Shown here piece by piece: positions 42,798-50,461 of a stretch of 64,000 nt of DNA. The notes below the pieces were generated by a model. The model worked only from the letters and a program-made list of their open reading frames with translations, did not search any database and was not told where the DNA came from. A program made the translations under genes and the position numbers. This DNA comes from Myxococcota bacterium. Lineage in GTDB: Bacteria > Myxococcota_A > UBA9160 > PR03. The stretch covers positions 1-64,000 of the forward strand of contig JBFIML010000014.1 of assembly GCA_041611735.1 (NCBI GenBank), written 5' to 3'. Every line of letters begins with the position of its first letter. Position 1 is the first letter of the stretch.

Positions 42798-44003
42798 ATG
42801 GGGCGGCTCGCCGCCAGTCTCCTGCTCGCGGCGGGGATCGTCGTGGCGGCGGGGGTCCCCGCCCGGGCGGTGATCATCGCCTCGGGCAACGGCACCGGGA
42901 ACGCGGTGGCGCCTCCCGACGACCCGGGCTGGGCCAACCTGGGGGTGATCGGCGGTCTGAGCGCCGTCTACCTGGGCAACGGCTGGGTCGCGACCGCCCG
43001 GCACGTGGGCGCGAACACCACCCACTTCCTGGCGGTCCCGTACTCCGCGGTGGCGGGCTCCGAGGTCCAGTTCGAGACGAGCCCGGGCATCCTGGCCGAC
43101 CTCGTCGTGTTCAAGATCGAGGGCGAGCCGCCGCTGCCGTCGCTTCCCATCGCCAGCGCCCCGCCGGCCGTCGGCGCCGACGTGATCATGGCCGGGAACG
43201 GGCGCAACCGGGGTGCCCCGCTCACGTGGCAGGGCAAGCAGGGCTGGTGGTGGGGCAGCGGAAAGGCCATGCGCTGGGGAACCAACCGCGTCCAGAATGC
43301 CTCCACCAACGTGACGCTCTCCGGTACCACGACCCGCGCCTTCTCCATGGATTTCACCCAGTCGCCGCCGGCCCAGGTCACGGAGCACGAGGCGCAGTTC
43401 GCCAACGGCGACTCCGGGGGCGCCGTCTTCATCCAGACCGGGGGCGTCTGGGAGCTGGCGGGCATCAACTTCGTGCGAGCCACCTACGGCGGCCAGCCGA
43501 ACGACTCGGCCCTCTACGGCAACCTGAGCTACGCGGTCCAGCTCGCCCACTACCGGGACGCCATCCTGGCCGTGGTGACCCAGCCCGCCTGCAGCGACGG
43601 CCTGGACGACGATGGCGACGGCCTCGTGGACTGGCCCGCCGACCTGGGCTGCGACGACGCCCTCGACAGCTCGGAGTGGTCCGACTCCCTGCCCTGCGAT
43701 GACGGCAGGGACAACGACGAGGACGGCGCCACGGACTTCCCGGACGACGTGGGCTGCGCCGGCCCCCTCTCCGCCCTCGAGAACCCCCAGTGCCAGGACG
43801 GCATCGACAACGACGGCGATAGCCTGGTGGACTGGGACGGGGGCGGCGTGGGAAGCCCGGATCCCCAGTGCGTCGATCGACCCTGGCGCAACCTGGAGGC
43901 GGGCAGCTACTGCGGTCTCGGCTTCGAGCTGGCCCTGCTGCTGCCGCCCCTCGTGGCCCTCCGGCGGCGCCGCGGACGCGCTCCCGCCCAGCCCGCCGCT
44001 TGA
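42798..44003 (+). CDS. Secreted trypsin-like serine protease with Cys/Asp repeats and a C-terminal sorting-like tail
   Basis: Signal peptide ending PARA; triad TARH / ADL / GDSGG; three C-x-DG-x-D-[DN]-D repeats; CGLGFELALLLPPLVALRRRR. Confidence 0.85.
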   Translation: MGRLAASLLLAAGIVVAAGVPARAVIIASGNGTGNAVAPPDDPGWANLGVIGGLSAVYLGNGWVATARHVGANTTHFLAVPYSAVAGSEVQFETSPGILADLVVFKIEGEPPLPSLPIASAPPAVGADVIMAGNGRNRGAPLTWQGKQGWWWGSGKAMRWGTNRVQNASTNVTLSGTTTRAFSMDFTQSPPAQVTEHEAQFANGDSGGAVFIQTGGVWELAGINFVRATYGGQPNDSALYGNLSYAVQLAHYRDAILAVVTQPACSDGLDDDGDGLVDWPADLGCDDALDSSEWSDSLPCDDGRDNDEDGATDFPDDVGCAGPLSALENPQCQDGIDNDGDSLVDWDGGGVGSPDPQCVDRPWRNLEAGSYCGLGFELALLLPPLVALRRRRGRAPAQPAA

Positions 44004-44068
44004 CCCGCGCCCCCCTCCGGCGGTAGAAGCGAACTGCTCAGGACTCCAGGGAAGAGGAGGCCAAACCC

Positions 44069-44524
44069 ATGTCCGCCCGAGCCCGGTACCGTGGCGCCCT
44101 GGCCGGCGCCCTGGCCCTGGTGCTGGCCCCCGCGGCCGGCCTCGCCCAGCCCGTGGCCAAGTGGAACCCGGAGCGCATCGCCGGCTACGCGCAGCAGCTC
44201 GCCAAGGCGGGCATGGAGCTGGAGACCGCGGCCCGCAAGGCGCTGCTGCCCGGGCCGCCGCCCACGGTGTCCCAGCAGCGCGCGCGCTACGAATTCCTGG
44301 AGGCGTTGCGCTTGTTCGAGAACAGCGCCCACCACCTGGCCGAGGAGCTCAAGGCGGGCAAGGGGCGCGAGGCCACCGCGCCCACCTTCCGCCGCCTCCA
44401 GACCCTGCGCCGGGACGTGGAGGACAGCTCCCAGCGCATGGAGATCCCGGACTCCCTGCTCGCGGCCATGCTCAAGGCCGGCGAGCTCATGCTGCGCCTG
44501 GCTCCCTACTACGCGGACGTGTGA
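44069..44524 (+). CDS. Secreted hypothetical helical protein
   Basis: GAGGAGG ribosome-binding site; signal peptide ending AGLA. Confidence 0.7.
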   Translation: MSARARYRGALAGALALVLAPAAGLAQPVAKWNPERIAGYAQQLAKAGMELETAARKALLPGPPPTVSQQRARYEFLEALRLFENSAHHLAEELKAGKGREATAPTFRRLQTLRRDVEDSSQRMEIPDSLLAAMLKAGELMLRLAPYYADV

Positions 44525-44570
44525 ACCGCTGGAGATCCGGCCTGCGGCGCTCCGCGCTAGCGTCACCCCG

Positions 44571-45233
44571 ATGACCGCCTCGGGTGCCGTCCAGGTGGGC
44601 GTGATGCTGGCGCTCGCCGTCGCTCTGGCGACCAAGATCGCCGCGCAGAGGCGCCGGGGAGTCGTTCCCGTGGTGCTCGGCAAGGCTGGCGATGGCTTGG
44701 TGGCGCGCCTCGAACCCCTGGCGGCGGTCGCCCTGTTCCTCTGGTTCGCTGCGGTCGCCCTCCATGGCACGGGCTGGGCCCCCGGGCTGTTCGAGCCGCG
44801 GCTGTTCCGGTCGGCCGCGATCGAGGTGGCCGGCACCTTCGTGACGCTGGCAGCCTTCGGGCTGCTCCTCACGGCCCTGCGCCAGATGGGTCGCTCCTGG
44901 CGCATCGGTATCGATCCCGGCAGCCACGAGGCGTTGGTCACCGAGGGCGTCTTCGCCCTCTCCCGGAACCCCATCTACTTCGCCATCGACCTGCTCGCGC
45001 TCGGCGCCTTCCTCGTCTCGGGCTCGCTGTTCTTCCTGGTCTCCGGGCTCCTCATCGCAGCGGACATCCACATCCAGATCCTGCGCGAGGAGCGCTTCCT
45101 GACCACGACCTTCGGCGACCGCTACGCGCGCTACCGCGCACGAGTGCGGCGCTACTTCGGCCGCCGCGGGAAGAGCCCGGAGCCGACACCGGGGCAGGGC
45201 GACCGCACTGGAGCCGCCCTGCCCCGACCGTGA
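44571..45233 (+). CDS. Isoprenylcysteine carboxyl methyltransferase (ICMT/PEMT) family membrane protein
   Basis: MGRSWRIGID, LVTEGVFALSRNPIY, EERFL...FGDRYARY...VRRY. Confidence 0.85.
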   Translation: MTASGAVQVGVMLALAVALATKIAAQRRRGVVPVVLGKAGDGLVARLEPLAAVALFLWFAAVALHGTGWAPGLFEPRLFRSAAIEVAGTFVTLAAFGLLLTALRQMGRSWRIGIDPGSHEALVTEGVFALSRNPIYFAIDLLALGAFLVSGSLFFLVSGLLIAADIHIQILREERFLTTTFGDRYARYRARVRRYFGRRGKSPEPTPGQGDRTGAALPRP

Positions 45234-45240
45234 AGGCCGG

Positions 45241-45714
45241 CTAGCGCACGAGCTGGAACGAGCGCGTGGGATGGGTGAGCGTGGGTGCAGGCTCGCCCTG
45301 GACCGGGTCCGTGACCAGGCGGTCGCCCTTCCCGCGCAGACCCGGGCGGGAGAAGGGATCACTGGCCGCGTCCGCATCCGGGGCCGCGGCGTCCTCGCAG
45401 TAGCCGAAGGCCCAGTCCCGGCAACTTCCCCCCTCCAGGGGGTCGTCGAGGATCACCTCGCACATCTCGCAGGCGAAGACCGCCACGTCCAGGCAGCTCT
45501 CGCACTCCCGCCCGCCGGCGTAGTTGTCCGTGCAGGCCTCGCCCAGCGTGTCCAGCAGCTTGAAGCAGGGGTGCGGCCCGCTCGAATCCCCGGCGTTGTC
45601 CGCGGCGTGCGCGCTCAGCGGCCCGCCCGTCAGCAGGACGATGCCGAGCGCCACCACCGCCGTCCTCCAGTTGCCCCGGGTCCCCGCCCGAAGCGCAGTC
45701 TCGATCTCGCTCAT
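45241..45714 (-). CDS. Secreted cysteine-rich hypothetical protein
   Basis: GAGGAGGAG ribosome-binding site, signal peptide ending SAHA, 8 Cys including CESC and CEMC. Confidence 0.6.
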   Translation of the reverse strand: MSEIETALRAGTRGNWRTAVVALGIVLLTGGPLSAHAADNAGDSSGPHPCFKLLDTLGEACTDNYAGGRECESCLDVAVFACEMCEVILDDPLEGGSCRDWAFGYCEDAAAPDADAASDPFSRPGLRGKGDRLVTDPVQGEPAPTLTHPTRSFQLVR

Positions 45715-45804
45715 CGACGTCTCCTCCTCGTGCCGGCCGCGCGGGCCGGCGTGGGGAGGGAGTGCGCGGGAGCGCCGGAATCGGATCAGCCCGCCAATCA
45801 AAGG

Positions 45805-45835
45805 GAACGCCCCCGGCGGAGGGCCGGGGGCGTTC
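45805..45835 (-). terminator. Hairpin, probable terminator of the CAP-domain gene
   Basis: 13-bp perfect stem GAACGCCCCCGGC/GCCGGGGGCGTTC; followed by CCTTTGATT on the minus strand. Confidence 0.6.
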
Positions 45836-45877
45836 GGGAACCGGAGACCGGGGCTGGAGCCGGCGCCGTGTGCCTGT

Positions 45878-46726
45878 CTAGGCCCGGCGGCGGCGGGCCC
45901 GGAGGGCGGCCAGGGGCGGCAGGAGCAACGCCAGCTCGAAGCCCAGGCCGCAGTGCGCGTTGCTCTCGGACCACTGCTCCGGGGCGGCGCAGCCGGGGTC
46001 GTCGGGGTGGTCGACGAGGCCGTCCCCGTCGTTGTCGATCCCGTCGCTGCAGTCCGGCGCCTCCGAGGGATCGTCCGCAGAGCTGCAGTTGAAGTCGCCC
46101 AGGAAGTCCGTGTAGCCGTCGCCGTCGTCGTCCAGGCCGTTGTCACAGGCGGGGGGCTCGGGTTCCTCGCAGCTTCCGGGCTCCACCGGCGCCTCGCTCG
46201 CGTTCCCGAAGTCCGCCGTCCACCAGTGGGGCTGCACCGTGACGCCGTAGGGCTGCAGCACGCAGAGCGCGGGCCCCACCGCGTGGCCGACCCCCACGTG
46301 ACGCGCGTTGGCGTTCAGCAGGATGGCGCGGTGGGGGGTCGAGCCCATCCATCCCTGGACGATCTGGGCCGGGGTGGTCTGGCCTGCTCCCGCCGCCTCG
46401 GAGCCCCCGGCCGGGTAGCCGGCGTCCCGCATCCGGCTGCGAGCGGTGGAGCCGTCGGAGCCCGTGTGGGACAGGAAGCATCCGTCGCGCATGTCCTCGC
46501 TGTGGCGCACGGCGGCGGCCATCAGGCGGCCGTCGATCTGGACCGGGGAGAGGCCGTTGCCCGCCCGCTCCAGGTTGATCCGTTCCACCACCTCCGCCTC
46601 CTCGGCCGTCGGCGTGGGGCAGGCGGACTGGGCGCGGGCCGGGAGCGGGGCCAGGGACGCCGCGACCAGGGCCAGCGCGAGCGCCAGGGCCAGCCCGAGG
46701 TTCGTGTCTCGCCCGCTTCCGTCCAT
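45878..46726 (-). CDS. Secreted CAP/SCP domain protein with Cys/Asp repeats and a C-terminal sorting-like tail
   Basis: INLERA, AAVRHSEDM, SHTGSDG, WMGSTPHRAILL, WTADFG; two repeats; CGLGFELALLLPPLAALRARRRRA. Confidence 0.88.
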   Translation of the reverse strand: MDGSGRDTNLGLALALALALVAASLAPLPARAQSACPTPTAEEAEVVERINLERAGNGLSPVQIDGRLMAAAVRHSEDMRDGCFLSHTGSDGSTARSRMRDAGYPAGGSEAAGAGQTTPAQIVQGWMGSTPHRAILLNANARHVGVGHAVGPALCVLQPYGVTVQPHWWTADFGNASEAPVEPGSCEEPEPPACDNGLDDDGDGYTDFLGDFNCSSADDPSEAPDCSDGIDNDGDGLVDHPDDPGCAAPEQWSESNAHCGLGFELALLLPPLAALRARRRRA

Positions 46727-47079
46727 GGGGTCGCCTCCCGTTCGCAGCCGTGCCGTCAGCCGCTGGAGCGGCGTGGGTCCTGATCGGCGGCACGGAGGAA
46801 GCAACGGGTGATAAAAACCACATTCTTGGATCCCCGGGGGATTCTCAGCCAGCCCCGGACCGGGGCGGTGCTCGCAGCCTGGGCCGGCACCGCGGCCGTT
46901 CCAGACCGCGGAGGCCGCCGTTCCCGCAGTCGAACGATCCGCCTAGGTCGTTCGTGTCACGCCCGCCGCGCTCGGTGCCGGAGAGCCTATGCCCTGTGGA
47001 CGATGCCCGCGCCGGGCTTTCCGCCCAGGGTTGCGCGCAGGGACGGCATCGGGCCGCCCCGAGAACCGGAGATCCAGAC

Positions 47080-47832
47080 ATGACCCCGACAAACCTGCAG
47101 AGGGCCCTGCTCGCGGCGACGTTCGCCGCACTCGCGACCGCAGCCGCGGCCCCGGACGCCCGCGCCCAGGAGCTGAGCGAGGCCGAGCTCTTCTTCGAAC
47201 TCAACGACACGGACGGAGACCTGGGCATCCATGCCTCCATCGACGGAGGCCCCTACAAGAGGCTCGAGATCGAGGACAGCCGGGACCGGACCTTGCTGGT
47301 CGTCACCGCCCGCGGGCGCCTGGGGCGCCAGGGCCTGACGCAGCTCTTCCTGGAGAGCGCCGAGCCGAGCTTCGACGAGCTGGCGCCGGAAAGGTTCTTC
47401 CGGCGCTTCCCGGAGGGGATCTACGAGATCGAGGCGACCACCGGGGACGGCGAGGAGCTGGAGGCGGAGGTGACGCTCAGCCACGTGCTGGCGGCGCCGC
47501 CGGACGGCATCACGGTTGCCGGCGTTCCGGCGGCCGAGGAATGCGACGATCCGAACCTGCCCGTGGTGAGCGAGCCCGTGCTCATCGACTGGGAGCCGGT
47601 GGAGACGTCGCATCCCGAGATCGGCGAGCCCGGCCTCGTGGAGATCGTCCGCTACCAGTTCTTCGTGGAGCGCGAGGGAGTCAAGTTCTCGGTGGACCTG
47701 CCCCCGGACGTGACCGAGTTCCTGGTCCCCGCGGACGTCCTCGCCCTGGGCGACGAGTTCAAGTTCGAGATCATCGCCCGCACCTCGACCGGCAACAACA
47801 CGGCCGTGGAGAACTGCTTCCTGCTCGAGTAG
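47080..47832 (+). CDS. Secreted acidic hypothetical protein
   Basis: Signal peptide ending ARA; FFELNDTDGDLGIH...; beta-rich C-terminus. Confidence 0.75.
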   Translation: MTPTNLQRALLAATFAALATAAAAPDARAQELSEAELFFELNDTDGDLGIHASIDGGPYKRLEIEDSRDRTLLVVTARGRLGRQGLTQLFLESAEPSFDELAPERFFRRFPEGIYEIEATTGDGEELEAEVTLSHVLAAPPDGITVAGVPAAEECDDPNLPVVSEPVLIDWEPVETSHPEIGEPGLVEIVRYQFFVEREGVKFSVDLPPDVTEFLVPADVLALGDEFKFEIIARTSTGNNTAVENCFLLE

Positions 47833-47939
47833 AGGCAACGCGTGCGCGGGCTCCGTTCGCCGCCGTGTGCGAGCGGAGCCCGCCTGCGTCCTCGCGGCCA
47901 CTCCCGGGCGTCGCGCTCGCAGCGGCGCCCCAGTGGCGA

Positions 47940-47978
47940 AACGGCCGAGAGTTCCGTTTCGGAGAACCCTCGGCCGTT
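47940..47978 (-). terminator. Hairpin downstream of tRNA-Gly
   Basis: AACGGCCGAG/CTCGGCCGTT inverted repeat about 12 nt past the tRNA 3' end. Confidence 0.5.
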
Positions 47979-47989
47979 CGCAGACTCGG

Positions 47990-48065
47990 TGGAGCACGAG
48001 ACCGGATTCGAACCGGCGACCCTCACGTTGGCAACGTGATGCTCTACCAGCTGAGCTACTCGTGC
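47990..48065 (-). tRNA. tRNA-Gly(GCC)
   Basis: Reverse complement GCACGAGTAGCTCAGCTGGTAGAGC...TTGCCAA...GGTTCGAATCC...CTCGTGCTCCA. Confidence 0.93.
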
Positions 48066-48173
48066 GTCGCTTCCAGCATGTAAGCAAGCCCCTCGTGAGC
48101 GTCAAGGGCGCGGCGCGGTGTGCCGGAGCGCCGCAGGCGAGCAGCTCGTCCGTCCCCACGGGGACCTATTGGC

Positions 48174-48201
48174 TCAAGGAGGTTTTCGCAGCGCCCGATC
48201 A
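48174..48201 (+). promoter_or_regulatory. sigma28-like promoter upstream of the histidine kinase/pilus operon
   Basis: TCAAG-N15-CCCGATCA. Confidence 0.4.
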
Positions 48202-48254
48202 GTTGCCGTAGGGGCGGAAGCGTCACCGGGGGGGGGCAGGTGCGTGCCAACGCG

Positions 48255-50075
48255 ATGACAAGCGAGCGCTTCGGCCTCATGGTGATCGGCTCGGCGCTGC
48301 TCGTCATCGTGGCGGTCGCGGGCCTGCTGCTGGGATTGCAGCGCGACGCGCGACGTGAGCAGGCCCGGGCCCAGGGCGTGAGCCTGGTGCGCCTGCTCTC
48401 GCGGGTTCCCCTGGAGCAGCTGCTGGGAGGAGCGGGCGTCCAGGGCCCGTTGCAGCTCATCAAGCACAGCCAGGGAAACCCGGACTTCGCCTATGCCGCG
48501 GTGGTCGATCCCGGCGGCCGCATCCTCGCCGAGGTCACGGCGCCGGGCGCCATCGTTCCCACGCGCCCACCCGCTGCCGAGCCGTCCGCCTGGATCGGCG
48601 AGCGCAGCATCGAAGCGAGCGACGGAGGAGCCGCCCTGCGCGAGTTCCACGCCCCGGTGCTGGCCGGCAGCGCACGGGTCGCGGAGCTGCGCATGGGGTT
48701 CCGGGAGCCCGGCTGGCTCGTCGCGCTCGCCCAGGTGCCCCTGCTGGCCTCCATGGCGCTGCTCATCTTCCTGCTCGCCCCCCTCTCCTACTTCCTGCTA
48801 CGTCGCGAGGTGAGCCCACTCGCCACCGCGAACGCGAAGATCCAGCGGCTGCTGGAGGGAGAGCACCTCGAGCCGGTGCGCATCGAGGCGACCGGCGTGC
48901 TGGCCGAGTTCGCCGAGCGCTTCAACTCGCTGGTGAGCCTGGCGGAGTCGCGCGTGCGGGCCCTCGAGAGCCGGGAGATGGATCTCCTGGCTTCTTCGAA
49001 GGTCCTCTCCTACCGCACCCACCGGCTCGAGGCGGTCCTCGAGGGCCTCCCGGACGGGGCACTCGTGCTCGACGAGACGGGAGCAGTCTCGTTCGCGAAC
49101 GCCAAGCTCGAGGCGCTGCTGGGCGTGGCGCCCGAGGCGGCGCGCGGTCGGCCGCCGCGGGAGTGGTGCCCGGACCCGTCCCTGGTCTCCTTCCTGGCCT
49201 TCTATGCGGGGGATGGGCCGCGCCTCGCCCGCAGCGAGCGTCTGGAGCTCGAGCGCAGCGAGAAACGGCTCCAGGTGGGCGCCCACCCCCTGGTCGCCCC
49301 GAACGGCGGTCCGGAGCCGGCCGGAACCCTGGTCCTGGTGCGCGACGTGACCGCGGAGCGTCTCTCGGCTCGCAGCCAGGCCGAATTCGTCTCCCACGTC
49401 GCCCACGAGCTCAAGGCCCCGCTCAACGTCCTGGCCATGTACAGCGAGACGTTGCTGGGAAAGGACGGCGCGTCCGAGGACTTCCGCATCGAGGCGTGCA
49501 ACGTGATCCAGGACGAAGTGGAGCGCCTCACCGCGCTGATCAACACCATGCTGAGCATCGCGCGCCTCGAGACGGGGGCGGTCTCCCTGGAGCGGCAGCG
49601 AGTGCGCCTGCCGGAGTTCCTCCAGGACGCTCTCGACGCCGCTTCGCGGGGCGGCCGCCGGGCCGGCTTGCGCTTCGAGCTGTGCGTGCCCCGGGAGATT
49701 CCGGCCATCCACGTGGACAAGGAGCTGCTGCGGGTCGCGGTGAACAACCTGCTGACCAACGCCATCAAGTACAACCAGGACGCCGGCGAGGTCGTACTCT
49801 CCGCGGAGGACTCCGGAGACCACATCACGATCCGGGTGCGCGACACGGGCATCGGCATCACGCCCGAGGAACGCGGCCGCATCTTCGAGAAGTTCTACCG
49901 CTCCGATCGCGAGGAGGCGCGCCGCCGCGGGGGCCACGGCCTGGGCCTCTCCCTGGCCCGGGAGATCGTGGAGCGCCATGGCGGCCGGATCGAGGTGGAG
50001 AGCACACCGGACCAGGGCAGTGCATTCCTCCTGGTGCTGCCCAAGACCCCGGCCCTCAACCAGGAGGTGGTCTGA
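48255..50075 (+). CDS. Membrane sensor histidine kinase with PAS domain
   Basis: Two TM segments, PAS (GLPDGALVLD...FAN), H-box AHELKAPL, NLLTNAIKY, DTGIGI, GHGLGL. Confidence 0.93.
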   Translation: MTSERFGLMVIGSALLVIVAVAGLLLGLQRDARREQARAQGVSLVRLLSRVPLEQLLGGAGVQGPLQLIKHSQGNPDFAYAAVVDPGGRILAEVTAPGAIVPTRPPAAEPSAWIGERSIEASDGGAALREFHAPVLAGSARVAELRMGFREPGWLVALAQVPLLASMALLIFLLAPLSYFLLRREVSPLATANAKIQRLLEGEHLEPVRIEATGVLAEFAERFNSLVSLAESRVRALESREMDLLASSKVLSYRTHRLEAVLEGLPDGALVLDETGAVSFANAKLEALLGVAPEAARGRPPREWCPDPSLVSFLAFYAGDGPRLARSERLELERSEKRLQVGAHPLVAPNGGPEPAGTLVLVRDVTAERLSARSQAEFVSHVAHELKAPLNVLAMYSETLLGKDGASEDFRIEACNVIQDEVERLTALINTMLSIARLETGAVSLERQRVRLPEFLQDALDAASRGGRRAGLRFELCVPREIPAIHVDKELLRVAVNNLLTNAIKYNQDAGEVVLSAEDSGDHITIRVRDTGIGITPEERGRIFEKFYRSDREEARRRGGHGLGLSLAREIVERHGGRIEVESTPDQGSAFLLVLPKTPALNQEVV

Positions 50076-50461
50076 TGGCCCACATCCTCGTCGTGGACGA
50101 CGAAGCGCACGTGACGAGGGTCACGCGCATGGCGCTGGAGCGCGCCGGCCACCAGGTCGCAGTGGCTTCGGACGGCGCCGAGGCCTTCGCCCTGCTCGAA
50201 GCGCAGCCCTTCGACGTGCTGATCACGGACATCACCATGCCGCGCCTGGGCGGGATCGAGCTGTGCGAGAAGGCCCGTCACGAGCTCGGGCACACCAACT
50301 TGCATCTGTTCGTGATGACGTCGCGAGTGGAGAACGAGTTCCGAGACCGGGCGAAGCGTCTCGAGCCAGTCGAGTTCGTGGAGAAGCCCGTCAGCCTGCG
50401 TCGGCTCGTGGCCCGGGTCGGCGCCCGCCTCGAAACCACATCCTCCAGAGATGCCGAGTGA
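50075..50461 (+). CDS. Single-domain response regulator (receiver)
   Basis: ILVVDDE, ITDITMP, MTS and EKP motifs. Confidence 0.9.
   Translation: MAHILVVDDEAHVTRVTRMALERAGHQVAVASDGAEAFALLEAQPFDVLITDITMPRLGGIELCEKARHELGHTNLHLFVMTSRVENEFRDRAKRLEPVEFVEKPVSLRRLVARVGARLETTSSRDAE

Noticed and set aside
45241-45714. c-type cytochrome
   Set aside because: Neither CxxC motif is followed by His.
46727-47079. Riboswitch or sigma54 promoter upstream of the CAP-domain gene
   Set aside because: Only imperfect GC-rich inverted repeats are present; I saw no correctly spaced -24/-12 box or known riboswitch consensus.
41269-48065. Genomic island integrated at the tRNA-Gly 3' end
   Set aside because: No integrase or transposase, no duplicated tRNA 3' fragment found by eye, and no obvious composition shift.
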